A stretch of DNA of 64,000 nucleotides, taken from positions 93,307 through 157,306 of IMG/VR virus record IMGVR_UViG_3300025723_001543. The stretch is one strand, 5' to 3'. Under the pieces are notes generated by a model. That model was given only the letters and a program-made list of their open reading frames with translations. It ran no database searches and was not told the DNA's origin. Positions 36,538 through 44,986 of the stretch are shown one piece after another. Source of the DNA: a virus (Duplodnaviria > Heunggongvirae > Uroviricota > Caudoviricetes). A program made the translations under genes and the position numbers. Numbering within the stretch: position 1 is the first letter of the stretch; each line of letters opens with the position of its first letter.

Positions 36538-37349
36538 TGATTGGTGGCTCTCCTTTTTACAATTCTCTTTTTAAAAAATATGTGGTAATATTTGGAACTC
36601 TTTTCAATAATATTATGATAGAACGTGTTAGCGATTCTGGTGTTTTAGAACAAACTTTTAAGGTTCCTATTGCTTATGGGCCAAGAGAAAAATTTCTTGC
36701 TCGTGTGGAAGAAAATCCAGATGCATCTGCAGTAACTGCTATAAGATTACCAAGAATGTCTTTTGAGATATCTGGTGTTACTTATGACCCAAGCAGAAAA
36801 TTACAAACAGTAGGCAAGATTGGTTCAAAAAGAGAATTAAATGGAAAAAATACTTATAAAAAAGTATTTAATCCAGTACCTTATAATCTTGGATTTAAAT
36901 TAGATATTATGGTAAAGACAATGGAAGACGGTTTAAGAATCGTAGAGCAAATACTTCCTTATTTTACACCAGAATGGACTGTAAGCGCAAGACTTTTACC
37001 AGATTATGATAATATAACAGATATTCCATTGATTATGGATGGTATGGACATCAGCGATTCATATGAAAGCGATTTTGTTGCTAGAAGAGCACTCATATTT
37101 ACATTAAATTTTACTATGAAATGTTATTTTTATGGTCCTGTAACTGAATCTAAACTTATTAAAATTTCTGATGTTAGAATATATCCTAATCTTACTGCAA
37201 ATAGTGATGTTGCTGATATAAATGTTAGACCGGGACTAACTGCTAATGGAATGCCAACTTCTGATCCATCTTTATCTATACCATTATCTCAAATAGAAGA
37301 GACAGATACATATGGATTTATTGTAACTGTGAGTGAAACATATGGTTAA
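36537..37349 (+). CDS. 15: tail sheath stabiliser / tail completion protein gp15
   Basis: SPFYNSLFKKYVVIFGTLFNNIMIERV and RIVEQILPYFTPEW match T4 gp15 (MFGYFYNSSFRRYATLMGDLFSNIQIKRQ; QIVEQILPYFQPHF). Confidence 0.8.
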   Translation: MIGGSPFYNSLFKKYVVIFGTLFNNIMIERVSDSGVLEQTFKVPIAYGPREKFLARVEENPDASAVTAIRLPRMSFEISGVTYDPSRKLQTVGKIGSKRELNGKNTYKKVFNPVPYNLGFKLDIMVKTMEDGLRIVEQILPYFTPEWTVSARLLPDYDNITDIPLIMDGMDISDSYESDFVARRALIFTLNFTMKCYFYGPVTESKLIKISDVRIYPNLTANSDVADINVRPGLTANGMPTSDPSLSIPLSQIEETDTYGFIVTVSETYG

Positions 37350-37731
37350 TAAAGATGTAATTTCAAATTCATTAGGAATACCACCCATTCCTTCTCCACC
37401 AAATCCTGTATTCTTGCCGTCAAAAGAAAAGAATGACTATGAATATGCTCGTCAGAACATGTATGATATCATAGAAAAAGGTCAATCTGCATTAGAAGAT
37501 ATTGTAGATATTGCTAGACAATCAGAATCTCCTAGAGCATATGAAGTAGTCACCAATTTAATTAAAACTTTGGCTGAAACAAATAAAGACCTTATGGAAT
37601 TAGCAAAAAAGAACAAAGAAATTAATAAAGCTGATAGTAGCAATGAAGGTAATAAAACAGTCAACAACAATTTATTTGTTGGTTCTTCTTCTGAGTTATT
37701 GAAGATGATTAGGTCTGATTATAATGAATAG
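37333..37731 (+). CDS. 16: terminase small subunit gp16
   Basis: DYEYARQNMYDIIEKGQSALEDIVDIARQSESPRAYEVVTNLIKTLAETNKDLMEL aligns with T4 gp16 ([56 protein letters not shown]). Confidence 0.8.
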   Translation: MKHMVNKDVISNSLGIPPIPSPPNPVFLPSKEKNDYEYARQNMYDIIEKGQSALEDIVDIARQSESPRAYEVVTNLIKTLAETNKDLMELAKKNKEINKADSSNEGNKTVNNNLFVGSSSELLKMIRSDYNE

Positions 37732-38608
37732 TACAAATGAAGTATATCTTGGTAATATAAACTTAAAGCGTAAAGGTGTCCAACTAGAATTTTCAAAAGA
37801 ACAAATTTTAGAATATATAAAGTGCGCCAATGATGTAAATTATTTTTGTGAGAATTATGTTAAGATCGTGAGTATTGATAAAGGACTCGTTTCTTTTAGT
37901 CCTTATCAATATCAAAAAAGAATGTTTAAAGTATTTGATGACAACCGTTTTACAATATGTAAAATGCCTCGTCAGGTGGGGAAAACAACAGGTGTTGTTG
38001 GGTATATGCTTCATAAAATTCTTTTCAATGAAAATTATAATATTGCAGTTTTGGCTAATAAACAAATTCAATCAAAAGAAATTCTTTCTCGAATTCAACT
38101 TGCATATGAATGGTTGCCCAAATGGATGCAGCAAGGCATTATTCAATGGAATAGAGGAAATATCGAATTGGAAAATGGTTCTAAAATACTTGCAGCTGCC
38201 ACTTCATCATCTGCTATTCGTGGTCAATCTTATAATCTAATTTATCTTGATGAGTTTGCATTCGTTCCCAGAAATATTCAAGACACATTTTTTGCTTCAG
38301 TATTCCCAACAATTTCTTCTGGTAACACTTCTAAATTATTAATAACTTCCACACCAAATGGTATGAATTTATTTTATAAAATTTGGATGGACTCTGTTAA
38401 TAGTGAAAATTCTTATGCCCGTGTTGATGTTCATTGGTCAGATGTTCCCGGCAGAGACGAAGCATGGAAAGTAGAAACTATTCGAAATACTTCTGTTGAT
38501 CAATTTCGTCAAGAGTTTGAATGTTTAGACGGTGATACAGAAATTAATATTTTAATAGATAACATTTCCAAAAAAGTTGCAATCAAAGAAATTATAAATA
38601 TAATATGA
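37724..38608 (+). CDS. 17: terminase large subunit gp17, N-terminal (ATPase) fragment fused to a 28-aa N-intein
   Basis: Walker A RQVGKTT (T4 SRQLGKTT). Extein ends ...SVDQFRQEFE (T4 ...LAQFRQEHTAAFE), then CLDGDTEINILIDNISKKVAIKEIINII-stop, i.e. intein block A (C-L-x-x-D-T-x-I). Confidence 0.85.
   Translation: MNSTNEVYLGNINLKRKGVQLEFSKEQILEYIKCANDVNYFCENYVKIVSIDKGLVSFSPYQYQKRMFKVFDDNRFTICKMPRQVGKTTGVVGYMLHKILFNENYNIAVLANKQIQSKEILSRIQLAYEWLPKWMQQGIIQWNRGNIELENGSKILAAATSSSAIRGQSYNLIYLDEFAFVPRNIQDTFFASVFPTISSGNTSKLLITSTPNGMNLFYKIWMDSVNSENSYARVDVHWSDVPGRDEAWKVETIRNTSVDQFRQEFECLDGDTEINILIDNISKKVAIKEIINII
38522..38605 (+). other. N-terminal half of atypically split intein (Int-N, 28 codons starting with Cys)
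   Basis: TGT at 38522 lies in frame with the terminase ATPase fragment. CLDGDTEI motif; stop codon 38606-38608. Confidence 0.75.
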
Positions 38609-38624
38609 ATGCAATTTTATAGGA

Positions 38625-39194
38625 TTGAATTATATGCATTATAGAAAAATTTGGGAAAATACACACGGAAAAATACCAACTGATGAAAATGGGTTTTCTT
38701 ATGAAATACATCATATAGATGGTAATCATAAAAATAATAACATAGAAAATTTACAATTAGTTACAATAAGAGAACATTTCGATATTCATTTACAGCAAGA
38801 AGATTGGTTTGCAGCTGCATTAATTGCTAAAAGAATTGGATTTGGTCCAGATTATTCTTCAAATTTACAAAAAGGAAAGAAAAGACCAAATATTGGTGGA
38901 GTTTCAAAAGGAACAGTTCCGTGGAATAAAGGGAAAAAATATTCTTTTTCTGAAGAAGTTAGAAACAACAGAAAAGGTAAAAGATTTGGAAAAGTTAAAA
39001 TTACTGATCATGAATGTTGTTTAATTTTGAAAAAATATAATAATAAAATTCCTTTAAATGGTGTAGGTGATATATCAAAAAATGGAAGAAAAATTACTTA
39101 TGAAAGAGTTTTTTCTAAAGAATTTCATAAAGAATATAACGTAACTGAATCACAATTATATAATATAATTACAGGAAAACGAAATGTTCTTTAA
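38625..39194 (+). CDS. free-standing HNH homing endonuclease between the terminase halves (likely ATG start at 38634; track start 38625 is TTG)
   Basis: EIHHIDGNHKNNNIENLQLVTIREHFDIH is an HNH motif. Its frame differs from both terminase fragments, and its 3' end overlaps the C-intein ORF start by 11 nt. Confidence 0.8.
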   Translation: MNYMHYRKIWENTHGKIPTDENGFSYEIHHIDGNHKNNNIENLQLVTIREHFDIHLQQEDWFAAALIAKRIGFGPDYSSNLQKGKKRPNIGGVSKGTVPWNKGKKYSFSEEVRNNRKGKRFGKVKITDHECCLILKKYNNKIPLNGVGDISKNGRKITYERVFSKEFHKEYNVTESQLYNIITGKRNVL

Positions 39195-39507
39195 AAATAA
39201 TAATACATTAATAGAAACATCTGAAGGGTATTTACCTTTTAAAGGTGTACAAAAAATTAAAAAAAATGGTCAAATTGAAATTCATTTAGAAAACGGCAGT
39301 CAATTAAAATGTTCGCTTACCCACCGAATCATGACTGTAGATGGTTGGAAGAAATCTATTGATCTTAAGAACGACGATATTATCATATGTAAAAACGAAA
39401 AATCTAAGATATTTTTTCTAGATTACAAAGAGGGAGAATTTGAATATTTTGATATTGTTGGAGTAGAAAATGAACAGTTTTATGCAAATGATATTTTATC
39501 ACATAAT
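39184..39507 (+). other. C-terminal half of atypically split intein (Int-C, 108 codons; ends ...ILSHN, +1 Cys at 39508)
   Basis: Own ATG with AGGA Shine-Dalgarno 7 nt upstream. Terminal HN | C splice junction. Confidence 0.75.
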
Positions 39508-40317
39508 TGCGAATTCTTAGGTTCTACTAACACTCTTATCCATCCTTCAGTTCTTTCTAGATTAGCATACATGAGACCAATAGACAATCCTCATGAAGTA
39601 AAAATATATAAACATCCAATCAAAGATCATATTTATTCCATAACAGTAGATGTTAGCGAAGGTTTAGGGATGGATTCATCTGCACTCGTAGTAATCGATT
39701 GTTCTACTGTTCCATATGAAGTCGTTGCTACATTTAAAGATTCAAATATATCACAATTAATGTTACCAACATTACTTTCTAATATAGGAAAATATTATAA
39801 CGAAGCAGCTATATTGGTTGAAATAAATATAGGATCACAAGTAGTAAATATTCTACATCAAGATTTAGAATATGAAAATATTGTTATGACAAAAATGAGT
39901 GGTAAAAAAGGCACAGCAATAGGTATATCAGGTAATCAAAATAGATTAGGTATAAAAACAACTCAAGTTACTAAAAGAATAGGATGCGCTAACTTAAAAA
40001 CTCTTATCGAATCTGATAAAATAATTTTAAATGATTATGATATTATAAATGAACTGTCCACATATGCTGTTGATAGAAATACTTACAATGCAGAAGAAGG
40101 ACATCATGACGATTTGGTAATGTGCATGGTTCTTTTTGCTTGGATGGCAAGTCAAAATTATTTTAAAGATGTTTCAAATACAGATATCCGTAGACGAATT
40201 GAAGAAGAAGTTGAAGAAGATTTCACACCTTTTGGTATTATACATGATGGCAGGGAAGAAGAATTTAACGATAAAGTAATGAGTGAAAACGAGTTTGAAA
40301 AATTTTTACTAAATTGA
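39184..40317 (+). CDS. 17: 108-aa C-intein fused to terminase large subunit C-terminal (nuclease) fragment
   Basis: ORF opens MFFKNNN...EYFDIVGVENEQFYANDILSHN followed by CEFLGSTNTLIHP. Intein blocks F/G end in HN with +1 Cys. The extein then continues in register with T4 gp17 (FEGTSGTLI...), with HDDLVMCMVLFAWM matching T4 HDDLVMSLVIFGWL. Confidence 0.85.
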   Translation: MFFKNNNTLIETSEGYLPFKGVQKIKKNGQIEIHLENGSQLKCSLTHRIMTVDGWKKSIDLKNDDIIICKNEKSKIFFLDYKEGEFEYFDIVGVENEQFYANDILSHNCEFLGSTNTLIHPSVLSRLAYMRPIDNPHEVKIYKHPIKDHIYSITVDVSEGLGMDSSALVVIDCSTVPYEVVATFKDSNISQLMLPTLLSNIGKYYNEAAILVEINIGSQVVNILHQDLEYENIVMTKMSGKKGTAIGISGNQNRLGIKTTQVTKRIGCANLKTLIESDKIILNDYDIINELSTYAVDRNTYNAEEGHHDDLVMCMVLFAWMASQNYFKDVSNTDIRRRIEEEVEEDFTPFGIIHDGREEEFNDKVMSENEFEKFLLN

Positions 40318-40322
40318 GTTTT

Positions 40323-40330
40323 TATAAATA
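40323..40330 (+). promoter_or_regulatory. T4-type late promoter TATAAATA upstream of sheath gene
   Basis: Exact octamer 47 nt upstream of ATG 40377. Confidence 0.45.
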
Positions 40331-40376
40331 ATCATACGAAATAATATGTGATTTTTATTATAAAAAGGAGAAAACA

Positions 40377-42509
40377 ATGCCATTTCAAGTTAGTCCCGGC
40401 GTTAACGTTTCTGAAATTGATCTAACAACCATTGTTCCTGCCGTTTCTTCAACTTTTGGAGCAACTGCTGGAGTATTCAAATGGGGTCCAATAGAAGACA
40501 GAGTACTTGTGTCATCTGAGGACGAGTTAGTATCAGTTTTTGGAAAACCAAACGCAAATAATTACGAAACCTTCTTCACAGCTGCAAATTTCTTGGCATA
40601 TGGCAATCAGCTATATGTATCAAGAGCAGCTTCAGCCTCCGCATATAATGCCGTCGCTAATGTTGGATCAACAGGTGTAGGTGGAAATACTGTTGTTATT
40701 AAAAATCTTCATGATTTTGAAGCACAATATACTACATTAAATGAAGCTGGTGGTTCAAATGCTTATAGCAATGTTTATTTTGTTGCTAAGTATGCTGGTG
40801 ATGTTGGCAATTCTATAAGAATTTCTATCTGCCCAACAGAAACTGCTTATGCAAGTCAACTTATGGCTTATAATGGGTCAAATGTTGCAATTCAAATTTC
40901 TAATACATATTTTTCATTCAATATTCCAGTAGGATCAATGGAAGCTAATATAGTTTTCCAAAGTGTCACTGACGTAAATCTTGCTCCTTCTATGGCAGTT
41001 GATATGAAGAATAACATTAACATCGGTGATGTGTTTCTTGTAGGTAATACTTCTACTGGAACACAATACTTAACTGTTAGTGCTGTTGGTGGAACAACTA
41101 GTGTTAGTGTTGGTTCAGGAATTAATTCTAGCTTCCAGATAATGTTTAATGAAACTTATAGACAGAAGATGGATATTACAATTTCTGGTACTGCAAATAG
41201 CATCACTGGAAATTATTATGGCACAACTTTAGCCAATAAGTATTGGGAATTTCACAATGCTGTTGATATGGCTCCAGGAACATCTGGATATGTATCATCA
41301 AGAAATGCAAACAACATGGTTATGGATCAAGTCCATATCGTTGTTGTAGATCAAAATGGTAAGTTTACTGGTATTCCCGGTGAAATTCTAGAAGTTTGGC
41401 CAAATCTTTCAATTGCAACTGATGCAAAGGGCGAACAAGGCGGTTCTATTTTCTATAGAGACGTTCTTAATATGAGTTCAAAGTATGTATGGTCTGCAAA
41501 GGACATACTATCAACAACTCCACGCAATGCTGATGATACTCTTCTTGCACCATCTTTAACTAACAATCTTTCTTTGAATTTTGCTAGTGGCGCAGATGGT
41601 GATCCAGAATCTACTATTGCTGTATCAAAGTTAATGACTGCATATGACAAGTATAAGTCATCAGAAGATGTAGATGTTTCTTTGATTCTTGGTGGTAAGG
41701 CAAGAGGAAATATTGGTGAAGTACTCGCAAATTACATCATCGATAATATCTGCGAATATAGGAAAGATTGTGTAGCATTTATTTCACCTGATCTTTCTGC
41801 AGTAGTAAATGTTCCCGGTCATGAGCTAGATAATGTTACAGCTTTTAGAAATGCATTGACTTCAACTTCATATGCAGTTCTTGATTCTGGTTATAAGTAT
41901 CAATATGATAAGTATAATGACACATATCGTTGGGTTCCTCTTAATGGTGATATTGCTGGTCTTTGTGTTCGTACAGATAATGTTCGTGATGCATGGTGGT
42001 CTCCAGCTGGATTCAACAGAGGCATTATCAAGAATGTTGTAAAGCTTGCATACAATCCTGATAAGGCAAATCGTGATGTTCTTTATCGTAATGGTGTAAA
42101 CCCTGTAGTCAATTTCCCCGGTCAGGGAACAGTTCTATATGGTGATAAGACCTTGCTTGCAAGACCATCTGCATTTGATCGTATCAATGTACGCAGACTA
42201 TTCATTGTGCTTGAGAAGGCAATTGCGATTGCTGCTAAGTCAACTCTATTTGAATTCAACGATGATTTTACAAGAGCTTCATTCCGCAATCTTGTAGAAC
42301 CATATCTTCGTGATATTCAGGGTCGTCGTGGAATCTATGATTTCAGAGTAATTTGTGATACTACAAATAACACTCCTGAAGTTATTGATGCAAACGAATT
42401 TAGAGGTGACATTTATATCAAGCCCGCACGTTCAATCAATTTCATTCAGCTCAACTTCGTTGCAGTACGCACTGGTGTCGAGTTTACTGAAATTGTTGGC
42501 AAGTTTTAA
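40377..42509 (+). CDS. 18: tail sheath protein gp18
   Basis: N-terminus VSPGVNVSEIDLTT...AGVFKWGPIEDRVLVSSEDELVSVFGKP...FFTAANFLAYGNQLYVSRA aligns with T4 gp18 (LSPGIELKETTVQS...AGKFQWGPAFQIKQVTNEVDLVNTFGQP...YFMSAMNFLQYGNDLRVVRA). Confidence 0.9.
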   Translation: MPFQVSPGVNVSEIDLTTIVPAVSSTFGATAGVFKWGPIEDRVLVSSEDELVSVFGKPNANNYETFFTAANFLAYGNQLYVSRAASASAYNAVANVGSTGVGGNTVVIKNLHDFEAQYTTLNEAGGSNAYSNVYFVAKYAGDVGNSIRISICPTETAYASQLMAYNGSNVAIQISNTYFSFNIPVGSMEANIVFQSVTDVNLAPSMAVDMKNNINIGDVFLVGNTSTGTQYLTVSAVGGTTSVSVGSGINSSFQIMFNETYRQKMDITISGTANSITGNYYGTTLANKYWEFHNAVDMAPGTSGYVSSRNANNMVMDQVHIVVVDQNGKFTGIPGEILEVWPNLSIATDAKGEQGGSIFYRDVLNMSSKYVWSAKDILSTTPRNADDTLLAPSLTNNLSLNFASGADGDPESTIAVSKLMTAYDKYKSSEDVDVSLILGGKARGNIGEVLANYIIDNICEYRKDCVAFISPDLSAVVNVPGHELDNVTAFRNALTSTSYAVLDSGYKYQYDKYNDTYRWVPLNGDIAGLCVRTDNVRDAWWSPAGFNRGIIKNVVKLAYNPDKANRDVLYRNGVNPVVNFPGQGTVLYGDKTLLARPSAFDRINVRRLFIVLEKAIAIAAKSTLFEFNDDFTRASFRNLVEPYLRDIQGRRGIYDFRVICDTTNNTPEVIDANEFRGDIYIKPARSINFIQLNFVAVRTGVEFTEIVGKF

Positions 42510-42523
42510 GAGGGAGAAATAAA

Positions 42524-43075
42524 ATGGCATTTAATATCAATGAAATTAGATCACAGCTAAAATTTGGCGGTGCGAGAAATTCTCTCTTCCAAGTAATTAT
42601 CAGCAATCCAATTAATCCAGTTGCTGATATTAAAGTTCCTTTCCTTTGTAAGGTAGCTCAAATTCCAAGTTCACAACTTGGTCTAATTGAGGTTCCTTAT
42701 TTTGGAAGAAGACTTAAGATTGCTGGTGATCGTCGTTTTGATCCATGGACAGTAACAATTATCAATGATGAAGATTTTGCTGTAAGAAACGCCATGGAAC
42801 AATGGAACAACTACATCAATCTTTATCAGCAAAATGTTACTGCACTTGCAACAGGTGCTCCATCTGAATATAAGTCACAGGCAACTGTGACTCAGTTTGG
42901 AAAATCTGGAGATGTTCTAAGAACTTATCAGTTCAATGGAATTTATCCAGAATCAATTTCTACAATTGATCTTGCATGGGCAACTGTTGACGAGATTGAA
43001 GAATTCCAAGTAACATTCCAATATGACACATTTCAAATATTGAATGGTCCTACTGGTAATGCTGGTGGTTCCTAA
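42524..43075 (+). CDS. 19: tail tube protein gp19
   Basis: LKIAGDRRFDPWTVTIINDEDFAVRNAMEQWNNYI matches T4 gp19 (INVAGDRTFDDWTVTVMNDEAHDARQKFVDW). Confidence 0.9.
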   Translation: MAFNINEIRSQLKFGGARNSLFQVIISNPINPVADIKVPFLCKVAQIPSSQLGLIEVPYFGRRLKIAGDRRFDPWTVTIINDEDFAVRNAMEQWNNYINLYQQNVTALATGAPSEYKSQATVTQFGKSGDVLRTYQFNGIYPESISTIDLAWATVDEIEEFQVTFQYDTFQILNGPTGNAGGS

Positions 43076-43085
43076 TTAAGTAATC

Positions 43086-43125
43086 GAGAGCCGTTATAAA
43101 TAGAGTATAACGGCTCTCTTTTCTT
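43086..43125 (+). terminator. intrinsic terminator after gp19: perfect 13-bp stem (GAGAGCCGTTATA / TATAACGGCTCTC), 7-nt loop, then TTTTCTT. The stem also contains a late-promoter octamer TATAAATA (43096-43103)
   Basis: Arms 43086-43098 and 43106-43118 are perfectly complementary, with a T-rich tail at 43119-43125. Confidence 0.7.
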
Positions 43126-43141
43126 AAGGAAAAATATTATT

Positions 43142-44749
43142 ATGGTTCAATTATTTGGATATGAAATAAAAAGAAAAAATGAAAAGCCACTTGAGTCCTT
43201 TGCACCAGAGTTAAAGGATGATGGTGCTGTTGTTGTTGCAGCTGGTGGTGCATATGGCACATTCGTTGATCTTGCTGGTACTGCTAGAACCGAATCAGAA
43301 TTAGTTGCAAAATATAGAGAAATTTCTTTACAGCCGGAATTAGAACAAGCCATTGATGATATTGTCAATGAGGCTATGGATGTTGACGCAGAAAAAATCG
43401 TAAGTCTCAACACAGATAAATTAGAATATAGTGATAATGTTAAAAATATTTTTAGAGAAGAATTTGAAAATATACTAGATTTGTTTAATTTTCAAAATGA
43501 AGCTTATGAAATTTTTAAAAGATGGTATATTGATGGTCGTATGTACTATCATGTTATTATTGATGAAAAATCACCAAGAGAAGGTATTAAAGAATTTAGA
43601 TACCTTGATCCTAGAAAAATTCGAAAAATTAGAGAAGTAAAAAGAACTCCAAAAGGTCCAATTACTGTTTTTGATGCAAAAAATGAATATTTTGTGTATA
43701 ATGATAGAACATTTTTGCCAGCTGGTGGTAATGGTGGTCTTCCTATGGATACAAACACATCTGGTTTGAGAATATCAACTGATTCTATTCTTCATGTTAC
43801 ATCTGGCATGATGGATCAAAATAATTCTGTTGTATATTCGTATCTTCAAAAAGCAATTAAACCTCTTAATCAGTTGAGAACACTTGAGGATGCAACAGTT
43901 ATCTATCGTATTTCTCGTGCGCCTGAAAGAAGAATTTTTTATATTGATGTTGGCAATCTTCCAAAAATTAAAGCAGAACAGTATCTTCGTGATATGATGG
44001 TTCGACACAAGAATCGTCTTGTTTATGATGCTGCCAGTGGTGAAGTTCGTGATGATCGAAAGTACATGACTATGCTTGAAGATTATTGGCTACCTCGTCG
44101 TGAAGGAAATCGTGGTACTGAAATTACTACACTTCCAGCTGGACAAAATCTTGGTGAAATGGATGACGTATTATATTTTCAAAAAAGATTATATGATTCA
44201 TTGAATGTTCCTATTTCAAGATTAAACTCTGGTCAGTCAGGATTTAATCTTGGCCGTTCTGCAGAAATTACTAGAGATGAAGTTAAATTTACAAAATTTG
44301 TCGGAAGACTTCGTAGACGTTTTTCTCAATTGCTTCTCAAGGCACTTGAAAAACAATTAATATTAAAAGGTGTTGTTTCTGAAGAAGATTGGCCCGAAAT
44401 TTCTAATAAATTAAATTTTGATTTTCATATTGATAATCATTTTGAAGAATTTAAAGAAGCAGAAGTTATTTCAAATAGAATTAATATTTTAAATCAAATT
44501 CAACCATATATTGGTAAGTATTATTCTGATGAATGGGTTCGCAAAAATGTTCTACATCAAACTGATGAAGAAATTCTTGAAATGATGCAACAGATGGCTG
44601 AAGAACAACCATCACCAGAAACTATGGTTCCTGAAGATGAAGTCAATCAGGGATTAAAATCTATGGAACAACAATCAAAACTACAGAATACGGGTGGTAA
44701 TGCTCCAAAAACAAATTCGAGCATACCAGGTCAAGGTTCTGCGTATTAA
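43142..44749 (+). CDS. 20: portal vertex protein gp20
   Basis: FKRWYIDGRMYYHVIIDEKSPREGIKEFRYLDPR and YRISRAPERRIFYIDVGNLP match T4 gp20 ([54 protein letters not shown]). Confidence 0.9.
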   Translation: MVQLFGYEIKRKNEKPLESFAPELKDDGAVVVAAGGAYGTFVDLAGTARTESELVAKYREISLQPELEQAIDDIVNEAMDVDAEKIVSLNTDKLEYSDNVKNIFREEFENILDLFNFQNEAYEIFKRWYIDGRMYYHVIIDEKSPREGIKEFRYLDPRKIRKIREVKRTPKGPITVFDAKNEYFVYNDRTFLPAGGNGGLPMDTNTSGLRISTDSILHVTSGMMDQNNSVVYSYLQKAIKPLNQLRTLEDATVIYRISRAPERRIFYIDVGNLPKIKAEQYLRDMMVRHKNRLVYDAASGEVRDDRKYMTMLEDYWLPRREGNRGTEITTLPAGQNLGEMDDVLYFQKRLYDSLNVPISRLNSGQSGFNLGRSAEITRDEVKFTKFVGRLRRRFSQLLLKALEKQLILKGVVSEEDWPEISNKLNFDFHIDNHFEEFKEAEVISNRINILNQIQPYIGKYYSDEWVRKNVLHQTDEEILEMMQQMAEEQPSPETMVPEDEVNQGLKSMEQQSKLQNTGGNAPKTNSSIPGQGSAY

Positions 44750-44753
44750 AAAA

Positions 44754-44761
44754 TATAAATA
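44754..44761 (+). promoter_or_regulatory. T4-type late promoter TATAAATA downstream of portal gene
   Basis: Exact octamer 30 nt upstream of ATG 44792. Confidence 0.5.
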
Positions 44762-44791
44762 AAGTAACAGATTTTTTATTGGAGAAATATA

Positions 44792-44980
44792 ATGGATAAT
44801 GAGAATCTTGAAAATATTTTAGTACATGCATGGAATAAAGATGCAGTAAATCTACGTGGAGCTTTGGATGCAGAAATGCAAGCCAGAGTTTCTGATCATA
44901 TCGAAGATATGGTAGCTAATGTTTCTGCTAGACTTTTTAATCCATCACTATCAACAACAGATGAGAATCACGAAGGATAA
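44792..44980 (+). CDS. small prohead core protein (gp67/gp68-position)
   Basis: 62-aa ORF with a late promoter, between portal and prohead genes. Confidence 0.3.
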   Translation: MDNENLENILVHAWNKDAVNLRGALDAEMQARVSDHIEDMVANVSARLFNPSLSTTDENHEG

Positions 44981-44986
44981 TTAAAA

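Noticed and set aside
38522-39507. Possibility that the terminase intein is an ordinary contiguous HNH-containing intein
   Set aside because: The three ORFs are in three different reading frames. Int-N ends at an in-frame stop, and Int-C has its own RBS and ATG overlapping the HNH stop. Joining them would require two compensating frameshifts, so a split intein with a free-standing endonuclease is the simpler reading. Resequencing could still overturn this.
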